From: Dipteris shenzhenensis
Taxonomy: Eukaryota
NCBI GenBank assembly: GCA_047967505.1
Contig: CM106538.1
Direction: 5' to 3' (one strand)
Length of the DNA stretch: 64,000 nucleotides
Both the position numbers and the translations under genes were made by a program. Shown piece by piece: positions 26,242-37,606 of this stretch (position 1 is its first letter; the number at the start of each line of letters is the position of its first letter). Under the pieces are notes generated by a model. The model saw only the letters and a program-made list of their open reading frames with translations. It was not told where the DNA came from and ran no database searches.

Positions 26242-27480
26242 GAGATTTGGCCGCATGGCCAAATCTTCCTAGTTTCTTTCAAAACATACAAGATTTGGCT
26301 GCACGGCGAAATCTCCCTAGACCTTGGTGATTTGAAAGAAGCTAGGAAGATTTGGCACCACAGCTAAATCTCCCTAAACCTTGCTGCTTTAAAAAGATTT
26401 GGCCACACGGCCAAATCTCCCTAGACACTCATGATTAGAAACAAGCCAGGAAGATTTGGCACCACAACTAAATGTCCCTAAACCTTGCTACTTTAAAAAG
26501 ATTTGGCTACACGGCGAAATCTCCCTAGACCTTGGTGATTTGAAAGAAGCTAGGAAGATTTGGCACCACAGCTAAATCTCCCTAAACCTTGCTGCTTTAA
26601 AAAGATTTGGCCACACGGCCAAATCTCCCTAGACCTTGGTGATTTGAAAGAAGCTAGGAAGATTTGGCACCACAGCTAAATCTCCCTAAACCTTGCTGCT
26701 TTAAAAAGATTTGGCCACACGGCCAAATCTCCCTAGACCTTGGTGATTTGAAAGAAGCTAGGAAGATTTGGCACCACAACTAAATCTCCCTAAACCTTGC
26801 TACTTTAAAAAGATTTGGCCACACGGCCAAATCTCCCTAGATACTCGTGATTAGAAACAAGCTAGAAAGATTTGGCACCACAGCCAAAACTCCCTAAACC
26901 TTGCTGCTTTCAAAAGATTTGGCCGCATGGCCAAATCTCCCTAGACCCTCCTAATTAGAAAGAATTTAGTAAGATTTGGCTACACAGCCAAATCTCCCCA
27001 AACCTTAGTGCTTTGAAAAGATTTGGCTGCACGGCCAAATCTCCCCAAACCCTGCTGCTTTGAAAAGATTTGGCCGCACAGCCAAATCTCCATAAACCCT
27101 CGTGATTAGAAAGAAGCTAGCAAGATTTGGCCACATGACCAAATTTCCTTAGACCCAGGTGATTTAAAAGAAGCTAGAAAGATTTGACCGATTTGAAAGA
27201 AGCTAGCAAGATTTGGCCACATGGCCAAATCTTCTTAGACCCAGTGATTTAAAAGAAGCTAGAAAGATTTGACCGATTTGAAAGAAGCTAGCAAGATTTG
27301 GCTGCACGGCCAAATCTCTCCAGACCTAGTGCTTTGAAAGAAGCCCACAAGATCTGGCCACAAGGCTAATCTCCCCAAACTTTGGTGCTTTGAAAGAAGC
27401 CCATAAGATTTTGCCACACGTCCAAACCTCCCTTTCCAGTGCTCTAAAAGAAGCCCATAAGAAATATCCCTAGACCTTGG
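26242..27480. repeat. Palindrome array B (~22 units, 104-bp higher-order period)
   Basis: GATTTGG starts at 26244, 26292, 26349, 26396, 26453, 26500, 26557, 26604, 26661, 26708, 26765, 26812, 26869, 26916, 26973, 27020, 27067, 27124, 27210, 27295, 27351 and 27407. Confidence 0.95.
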
Positions 27481-27535
27481 TGCTTTCTCAAATCTACCAC
27501 TATGTTTGCTGTTAATTCTTGATTCTATTTCAGAT

Positions 27536-30129
27536 ATGTCTATTGATAATGTTTTTTCTCTAACATTAAAGATTATAAAGATGATAGTTTGTATATTACT
27601 TGGATTTTTTACAGGAAAGACACAAATGTGAAGAAGGTTGAGAAAGTTGTAAGTGGATTTGGAGAAAAAAGCATACCATGGTACTTTGACATATACAGTA
27701 TTGAGGGAGCACAGTTGACACGAGTTCACTTATTTGTTTTGTTACCTAACAAAAGTGCATACACTTGTGTTGGATCGGTACATCAAATCACAGAAGATGT
27801 GGTTGGAAAAGAGGGAGATATTGGATTGTTAATCATTATAAATCAAAATAAGAAATTTCTCTTGGATCCTAGTGATTATGAAGCATCTCGTATGAAGTCT
27901 AATGTAGATGAAAACATGCACTTAAGAGGTTGGATAAGTGTTGAATCAATTGATGGAAATGAAATTAACACAGTGACAACAATCATTGAATCATATCGCA
28001 AAGTTACAGCAACATTAAAGAAGCGCAAGAGTGGGGAAGATAGTGGGGAAGGAACAAAGAAAGGAAAGTTGACTATGGTTCAAGCACTAGGTGGTAGTGG
28101 AGAAGGGGCGAAGAAAGGAAAGCTCACTATAATTGATGTACCAGAGGAAGGAACACCTCCAGAGGGTATGCTAGCAGTTGTGGAAAGAAGCAGTGGTAGT
28201 GAATTGGAGCCAAGTGGAAAGGTCATAGGAAAAAAAGGGCAAAAGAAACCATCAGGCTTGGTGGAATATGAAAAATACTACCCATTCGGGTTGCATGCAA
28301 CATTTCCAATTCCAGTTGCAAGATGTCAAAAAGCTCCTCCAAGCTATGTATATAGAGGGTTGAACAAAGAGCATGTGGAGAAGCTTGCTGCAGACTTCGG
28401 TTATAACTCTAGGCCTCATGCTGCTGTAGCGGATTTAATGCCTTTCAATCCTAAAACAAAGCAACCCCTAAAAAGGGTAGATAAAAAGGATTTAACCAAG
28501 TGCCATTATTGGATACTATCTGGACAACATTCAATATATGCTGCTAAAATATTCACATCTAATGATGATAACAACACAGCCCAAAGAAAGAACTACTACT
28601 GCACCCGTCAGGCGAGGATTGTAGTGAATTGTCTCACACGCTTTTGTGTGGAGATATCAAAGATGGCAAACCTGGAGTCTCAAAATATCTTGAGACAATC
28701 TCCATACATTGATATACTTAAGCAGGTGAGGGGACAATGGATTCTCTTTAACAAACCCAAGAAAGCACAACAAGGGCTTGCAAAAGGACATCCAGATCGT
28801 GAGAATTGGGATGTAAGTACATATTTTAATTATGAATCATTTTTTACAAGAATGTTTTCTTAATTATTGCATTCTAATGGATTCATATATCTTGTAGGCT
28901 TTCATTGACACTGGCAAGGTAACATTGGGCAATAGATTTGCCACGAAGGATGTACATATGATAATTACAAGCGATGCCATTTATGATGGTTGGATCTCCA
29001 TCCTTGAGGATTACATTGCAGGCAAATATTCACAAGATGGAAAATGTCGTAGGCAACCCACAGTCTCAATGTTTAGATGCTTGCGTGGATTGAGTGATGA
29101 TCAAATTGGTCAAATTCAAAATGACATTAAGGAAGATAGAGTAGTCATAACTAAAACAAAGACTGATGCATGATTCTTGATATTGAAGGACGAGCTATGT
29201 AGATCAAGAGAGATGCTGCACTACAAGAAGGACTTTATATGTTTATATCGGCAGAATGGCCTTCTTTAATGTTAAAAAATTGGGATGAGTGCAGATTACA
29301 TTTTAAAATTACTCCAGAATTGTATCATCGGATTCGTGGTTGCTCTGATTCATGGTTAAAACTGAAGCTTCAATAGGGCAAGGAAACTCCACCATTGCCT
29401 AATGCTGCAAAGGGGTATCTGAGGTGGATTATGGGACAAAGTGAAGGTTCAAGTCATGGACCGAATTCCACCCGGCCTTGGAGGTTCTACACAGTCAGTT
29501 CAAACATGGAGGGAATGGAATTTATACATAATGTGTACCAAGAGCCAATGGCAATAGGGGTTTCTTTTTTGGACGTAATGTATGGACCAAGCAGAAGTAG
29601 AAATTGGAATGAGGATCGCTTTGAGTGTTTGTTGAAAAGCTTGATGACAATCGCTTCTCCCCCAGTGCAATTCCTTCTTGTAGTGTTCTTGACCATGGAT
29701 CATGTATCATGTTTGAAGAATGCATTAAATAAGACATGCGGACAATATAAAATACACTTTGGTTGCCTTAATTTTGAAACTGCAGATATATTTGTCATTG
29801 GATCTATGGATGGCTCAATTGCCTGTGTACTGATAAGCAAGGAAAAGCATTTCAATGATATTGAGCGCTATACCAATGCACAATGTAAGCCATCAATATA
29901 TGTTGCAGATGAAAAATATGAAAAATCAAGTGGCGGAGAAGAATCAGGTGATGAGGATGATGATGACGAGGATGATGATGATGAATTTGACATTGAATTG
30001 TCCTTGAAAAGAAAACGTTCAAGTATCATGAAAGACATGATCATGGGTTTCTGTCGAGAAGATCATGGACCAGCCAAATTCTCTAATATAGTGTTTAAAG
30101 TAAAGATGCGAATCATTAAGGCAACTTGA
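27536..30129 (+). pseudogene. Transposon cargo gene: ParB/DGQHR-like domain plus degenerate amino-methyltransferase-like C-terminus; one intron (28813-28897)
   Basis: The 424-aa ORF 27589-28863 contains YRGLNKEHVEKLAADF and HYWILSGQHSIYAA. A phase-0 GTAAGT...TTGTAG intron joins it to the frame of ORF 28925-29173. A frameshift near 29168 and two TAG stops lead into ORF 29395-30129 (VSFLDVMYG...LLVVF...KRKRSSIMKDMIMGFCRED). Confidence 0.65.
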
Positions 30130-31413
30130 GATAGATAGGAGTGGCACTAGTGTAGTGACTTCCCATGTCGTTAATGGATTGCACTACAAAAGAATTGGTG
30201 ACTATAGTTATTGCCTTCTTAGAAACAAACTAGGGTCTTAATGTATTCACATCTCATGTGCAACATCAAAATTACTATGCAGCGTTGAATAAATATATGA
30301 AACTTCTTTAGAAACTCATGAGGATGTCATGAATAGTATGCCATTTGAAATGTATTCTAGAGTGCACTAGTGCCAAAGGTAGTTTAATGTTGGGGTTGGG
30401 GTGGAAAATTTTAGACTTCCTTGAAAAGAGGATAAGGTGCTTGAAGTTTTATCTATGTTATAGCTATTTATATGTTACTTGAATTCTACACTATTATTAA
30501 AGATCTAAATTGAGTTATGTTTATACTTTAATTCTATGGTGCCTGTTAGAAACCAATACCTTATTGTAGTCTTAGAAATAGAGGAAGATAGTGATTATTT
30601 GAATGTTGCTTCTTAGCCTCTCTCTTGGTTGGTGGTGAGCATTTTGGGCATGCCCCTTAAGGTGGAAAAGATCACCTATACATTATATGGTGGACAATGA
30701 CCAAATAAAGATTGGTATTCCAACACATAGTACTAGCATATCCTATCATATCCTATTACTTTGTTGGAGACATTTGAAATTTGTAGGCACTTTCTTTTCA
30801 TGCTAAATTGCCTTGCAAGCATTCAAATATGAGCATCGGCAGTTTGGGGTGTGTTGGAGGTCTATGCTCGCAGCCTCATGTGGGTTGATTTTCCTACAAA
30901 CCTTGGGGTGGAAGTTGGAGGAAAACTACTAAATTGAAACAAGTGGGAGTACCCCACTACAATTTTAGGGACTACAGGGATCACCTCTCATTTGTGGGGC
31001 TGATGATGGTTGGTTCCTGAGAGCATGTGATCTATATCATTTTAGGCAAGTGATGTAGGCCATGTTTGATGAGGGCTTCCTTTTCTTGAGAACTATGCTT
31101 ATGAGGACATGCGGTAAGGTGTACTAGCACAATGATCCTTCAAAATTAGCAATACAAAAAGCCTTTGATAATGTTGGGGTGAGTAGTATGCCATTTCTTG
31201 GGGTATATGTACACTCATTCTGTGGCCATCCAAGTGGTTAGCATAGGTATTAAACATACATGAACATGTAGCTAGCAACTTATGTATTTAAACTTGTATG
31301 TTGACACCTTAGTAAAGATAAAACTAGCAATGTCTATATGGGAGTGCCCATGAAAGCTATCAATTCTAAAGATTTAATGGTATTCCTTGTTTTTCCAAAA
31401 GCAATGGTCATTT

Positions 31414-31415
<2 letters not shown>

Positions 31416-31465
<50 letters not shown>

Positions 31466-31765
31466 GGGGGTGGGGGTAGGGGGAGTGGGAGAGAACATGA
31501 ATCAGCCGCCGACAACCCCTAGCACAAACCATGCAAAAACAAAATGCCCATGCACCAAGATGAAAGAATCCAATTGAATAAGCAGATACTAGGTACTAAT
31601 AATACCATAACAAAAAATAAGAGTAGTAGCATAATAAAAAACAAGATAGTAGCATGATCAAAATCAAGAGTACTAGCATGATGAAAATAGGAGCAAGCAC
31701 CATGCAACAACAATGAGGAGTAGTAGAGTAGCGTAGAGAGAGAGAGAGACAGAGAGAGAGAGACA

Positions 31766-31811
<46 letters not shown>

Positions 31812-32091
31812 TGGGGGTGGGGGTAGGGGTGGGGGGTGGGGGGAGTGGGAGAGAACATCAATCAGCCGCCGACAACCCCTAGCGCAAAGCATGCAAAAAC
31901 AAAATGCCTATGCACCAAGATGAAAGAATCCAATTGAATAAGCAGATACTAGGTACCAATAATAGCATAACAAAAAACAATAGTAGCATAATAAAAAACA
32001 AGATAGTAGCATGATCAAAAGCAAGAGTAGTAGCATGATGAAAATAGGAGTAAGCACCATGCAACAACAATGAGAAGTAGTAGAGTAGCAT

Positions 32092-32146
<55 letters not shown>

Positions 32147-32228
32147 GAGGAGGAGGAGGAGGAGGAGAGAGGAAGAGGTGTGGATGGAGAGACATGGAGG
32201 TGAGTGGGTTGGTTGGGAGGGAGGGAGG

Positions 32229-32300
<72 letters not shown>
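31416..32300. repeat. ~360-bp tandem duplication embedded in (GA)n microsatellites
   Basis: GGGAGAGAACAT-AATCAGCCGCCGACAACCCCTAGC at ~31487 and ~31847, with the next ~250 bp closely similar. GA tracts bound each unit. Confidence 0.9.
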
Positions 32301-32304
<4 letters not shown>

Positions 32305-35300
32305 GCAATTTGAATTCTAGCCACTTGTGGGTTGCCAAGCTACTATGATTAGGGTTTCTAGCCCACACCAGTGTTCTAGATCTACTGCAATTTGTTCTAA
32401 GAGTCTAGGACCTAGTTGCAATTTGTACAGGAGGCTAGATTGAGCTACGAATTTTCTAGAAGGCCTAGTTTTGCTACAAGCTATTTAAGGAGGCCCTAAT
32501 TTTGTTGTGACTTGACCTAGGGTAGCTAGACTTGATTCTGATGAGCCTACCAGGACTTCTAGTTGGCTACGATTTTATACCAAGGGTGGTTTTTTGGTTC
32601 CTCCATTTGAGGTCATTGCAATTCAGCTTGGGTTGCCATATACTGCAATTTCCTATATTACTTGGCCCAAACCCTATACTAGTGGTTGAATCATACAACC
32701 AAAAGCCACTCCCACCCTCACTTCATCGTGCATTTGGCCGACTCCCATCTTCACCTATAAGTTTTTACCTCCTTCAAAGGAGTGGGGTTTTGCAAAATTA
32801 GTTGTTTTAGGCTCAGCCAAGCTTGATTAATGGATCCAAATTTTCATCTCCCACATCATGGTTTTAGAACAAGGTAGTTCAGCCACAAGACAACCTGATA
32901 TGAGACACCTATTGCACCTGATGAAGATCTCAATGAAGAATTCGTAAAGGGAAGAATCTAAGAGTTCTAGTCCTTGAAAAAGATACCTCAATTTCAACAC
33001 TTATTTGAGGAAATGATGACTAAGCACATTTCTTCATCAACAGAGGAGCCAATCCTAAACTTTAGAATCTCCTAGGCAACATCATGCCTCAAGAAAGCAT
33101 TCTTGAAGTACCCTTTAGTTCAAAGATACTTAGATTCCCAAGGAAAGAGGAAGGACTCCAAAGCCTCATGGAAGACGGAGCAGAAAGCACTATGGAGATC
33201 TCCTAGTACCAGCCCATATTCTTCGAGTTCCTCTTCTTCTTCTTCCTCCTGTACGTCCCAAGAGCATTCTACTCATCGGCACAAAAGGAGGAGAACCAGA
33301 ACGAGACAAAGGGATAAGGAGTCAAGTTCAGTAAATTTATTACTTTTGATGGAAAGTATGTTGCAAGTGAGAAAGCTTTGGACTTCATCCGACAATTCAA
33401 CATAGATTTTCAAACAAGACACTGTTGTGAGAAGTCAAATTTCAAGATTGTAAGCTTTGGAGCAATTCTTGCCAAAGAATTTTTATGATGATGTTCATAA
33501 AAATTGGAAGATTGTATTCATGATAGCCATGAATATGATCGAGACTTACAAGAAAAAGTTCTTTTCAGTGTACCTTAGATTACTCCCTTCAAGGAAATTT
33601 CAAAATAGTCAGATGCAGAAGTACTGGCCGCGGTCTGCAACCAAGTATTCATACCCAAGTGAGCATTGAATGCAAGCAAGATCTGATTCACTTAGCCCTA
33701 GTAGTTGAAGAAATGAAGAAAGATTTGCTATGAATAATGGTGGCTACCTCAAAAGGCAATGGTGAAGACATCTTCAAAAGGAACACGACCCCAATAATTC
33801 ACGAACAAAAGTAGCTCTAGTTTAAGAAGCCAAGGGGTCCATTGAAGCCCTATAAGGAAAGTCAATGTTTCAGCAAAATAGCTAGATCCTATTCAAAATG
33901 CTTTGTTCTTATTCGATCCAAGAGCTATAGGCAGTTTCATCTCAAAAGACCTAGCTTTGAGGCTAGGAATCAAGACTAAAGAGTTGGGACCAATTTTAGA
34001 TGTGGAGCATGTTTTTGAAGGGAATCCAATTAGAGTCACTCCATCGATTAGAAAGCTTCGAATTCATATCCAGGAATATGTGGACCACAAGGAGATTTAT
34101 GTTTCACCCCTCAAGCATCATGATGTCATTTTAGGTATGCCATGGTTCCATAGAAAGGAAATAAATATTGACATCAAGGCAAGAACTCGCATTTCATGCA
34201 TAGGAACAAGGAGCACAAGATTTGGTCAAAGGGGTAAGACAATCCCAGTTGTATCTAATATTTCTTTTGCTAAATCAATAAAATTAGCTTTTTTTGCATC
34301 CTTTGTTTTCATATGAGAGAGAGAGGGTGGACCTCAAGTGGAAGTGAATCTTGTCAAAAAAGAATTTTTTAGTTTCTTGGAGTCTTGCAAAGATTGTTTC
34401 TTAGATTCTCTTCCATGAGAGATTCCTCTTGAGCAACCAAAAGATCATGTCATAAAGCTCATTTTAGGAAGTGAGCCTTTGGATCAGCCACCTTATCATG
34501 TGAGCACAACATAGATAGAAGAAATGATGGCACAACTATAGGATCTACTTTCTAAGGGACTCATCTAACCTAGTCCCTTTCCTTTTTGTTCACCCATTCT
34601 CCTAGTTCAAAAGAAGGATGGCTCCTATTGTACGTGTGTGGATTATAGAGCCCTTAACAAAATGAAAGTCAAGAATAGGTTTCCAATTCCTCACATCAAT
34701 GATATCTTGGATAGACTAAAAGGGCCCACAATGTTTAGTTGCATTGACTTGAAAAGTGGGTACCATCAAATAAGGATCCATCCCCAAGATGTTCATAAGA
34801 TAACTTTTCGAATAACTTTTGTATTCTATGAGCTTTTGGTGATTTGGCTAACTAATGCTCCAACCATGGTCAACTACATGATGGACTAGCTTTTTTAGAC
34901 CCTACAAGCACTACACAGGTATTTTCTTTGATGGCATATTGGTCTTTCAAAGACGAAAGAAGAATGTAAGGAGCATTTGGCCACTATATTTCAAGAACTT
35001 TGAGATCACAAGCTTTGTATTAATGGAAAGAAGAGTGAGTTTTTCTTTGATGAGATTCACTATCTCGGGAACATTATCTCTAAAGAAGGAATTTGGATGG
35101 ATCCCACCAAAATAATAGCAATACAAGAATGGCCAGAGCTTACCTTAATACATGAAGTACATAGTTTTATCGGGCTCTGTTCCTATTTTACAGATGCTTC
35201 ATCGAACACTTTTCTAAAATAGTAGCCCCATTACATGGTTTGACCAAGAAACTGATAGTCTTCAAATTGGGAGAGTGGCGAAGGATAGCTTTCAATAATC

Positions 35301-35695
35301 TCAAAGAAAAGTTAACAATTGAGCCAATCCTCATTGTTCTAAATCTATTCAAACAATTCGATGTGGATTGTGATGCGAGTGTGGTGCGGGAGATGTCCTT
35401 TACCCTAGGATGGTCAAGACATAACTTTTGAGAGTCAGAGGCTGTGTGATGTAGAAAGATATCTAGGTGTCTATGAAAAAGAGATGCTAGAGGACATTCA
35501 TGCCTTATAGTCAAGACTGAGCACTAGATCGTATTGACCTAGACAAAGATCTCCAAAAACTAGATGAAATAGGCAACCTTCTTGTCCATTTTTTATGTCC
35601 AGATTGTCTATAACCTAGGAGCTTGGAATGGGGTAGCAGATGCTTTATCTAGGAGGACCCATGTGAACAAGGTTACCATAGTGAGTCACCATAGG

Positions 35696-37560
35696 TGAGA
35701 GTGCTCTCAACGAAAGCAAGAACGGAAGAAGGAGAGAGAGAGACAGAGAGCCACACAAGTTTGGTGGGTACAGAACCACCCTAATCTTCTTTTTCACTCA
35801 TTTATATATGTGTTTGAGTATTGTACATAACCGGGGTTAAGGCACAGTGACCTTTAACCCCCACAACCTCCCACTTAAAGGACAATGTGCCTTTAAGGGA
35901 GAATAACTAGTGAGCATACTATCCAATGCCCATCAATACACGACAATACTCAAACCGCTGACTAGGTAGACTCTTCGTCAGCATATCTGCAGGGTTTTCA
36001 TCAGTATGAACCTTGACAAGCTCTATGCGCTTGTCCTCAAGTACCTCCCTGATGAAATGGTACCTGACCTCAATGTGTTTGGTCTTTGCATGAAAGACCA
36101 GATTCCGTGCTAGCTAAATAGCACTCATGGAATCACTATGCAATGTTGGTACACCTGTATGAATCCCCAAATCTCCCACTAGCTGATCAAGCCATATAGC
36201 CTCCTTGCAACCCTCTGTGGCTGCAACATACTCAGCCTCTGTGGTAGACAAAGCCACGCAATGCCGTGCATGAGACATCCACGACACTGCACCACCTGCA
36301 AAGGTGAACACATAACCAGAAGTGGATCTCCTACTATCCACATGCCCTGCATAGTCTGAATCTGTGTACCCAAGTACATGCATGTCTCCTTTACCAAAGC
36401 AAATGCACATCTCCTTGGTACCCTTCATGTACCTCATGATGCACTTAACTGCCTCCCAATGCCTCTTTCCTGGATTAGCCATATACCGGCTAACAACTCC
36501 CACTGCAAATGGAATGTCTGGTCTAGTAGTTATCATAGCATACATAAGACTCCCAACTGCTGATGCATAAGGAACCTTAGCCATCATGGCCCTTTCCTCA
36601 TCTGATTTGGGACTATCTGTATGACTCAGTTTCACATATGGAGGCAATGGGAGTACTCACTACCTTCCCCCCCTCCATATTGAAATGCTGCAATATACTT
36701 TTGTAACATACTCTTTTTGTGAAAGCCAAAGGAGTTTCCTACTCCGATCACGCGTGATGCGCATACCAAGAATATGACCTGCAAGTCCCAAATCCTTCAT
36801 ATCAAAGGCCTCATGCAACTTGGCCTTTAATGCATCTAGCTCATAAGTATTTTTACTAGCCAATAGCATATCATCCACATATAGTGCCAGGATTATCAGG
36901 CTATTATCCTTAGCCCTTTTAGTGTAGAGGCAGTGATCAATTTCACTCCTTCTAAAACCCTGGGACCGAATGAAAGCATCAAACTTCTGATACCATTCTC
37001 TAGGTGCTTGCTCAAGACCATAGAGACTCTTCTTCAGCTTGCAAACTAAATGCTCTTTGCCCTTTTCTTCAAAGCCTTCCAGCTGCACCATGTAAATTTC
37101 CTCATGCAAATCCCCATGCAAGAAAGCTGTCTTGACATCCATCTGCATAAGCTCCATATCCTTGCTACCACTAGTCCAAGCATGCATCTAAGTGTGGTCA
37201 TCTTCACAACTGGAGAGAATATCTCATCAAAGTCCACACCCTTCTCTTGCTTGAACCCCTTAGCAACCAAACGGGCCTTGTACCTAGGCACATCATCACC
37301 TGCGACCTTCATTTTGTAGACCCATTTACATGGCAATGCTTTCTTTCCATGTGGCAAAGAAACCAAGTCCCAAGTCTTATTCTTCATAAGTGAACACATA
37401 TAGTAGGTGCTTTCCACACACACACTCACTTTTTTTTATGTGGAATCCACACACACACAAATTGGTATCAAATATATTTTTTCCAAATAAAGGCACTCTT
37501 AGGGCTTCATTTGTCTTTGATTTGAAATTTGTAAGCATACAAATGTTGAGATTTTGTAAC

Positions 37561-37606
<46 letters not shown>

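Noticed and set aside
26242-27480. CRISPR array (palindromic repeats at regular spacing)
   Set aside because: The linkers are themselves repeated rather than unique spacers, no cas genes are present, and the context is eukaryotic.
27589-30129. Bacterial contamination as the source of the ParB-like gene
   Set aside because: It has a spliceosomal GT-AG intron, is pseudogenised like its neighbours, and is embedded among plant retroelements.
30130-31400. Right-hand TIR of the Sola-like element
   Set aside because: I found no convincing reverse-complement match to 19800-20380 by eye, so the ends remain undefined.
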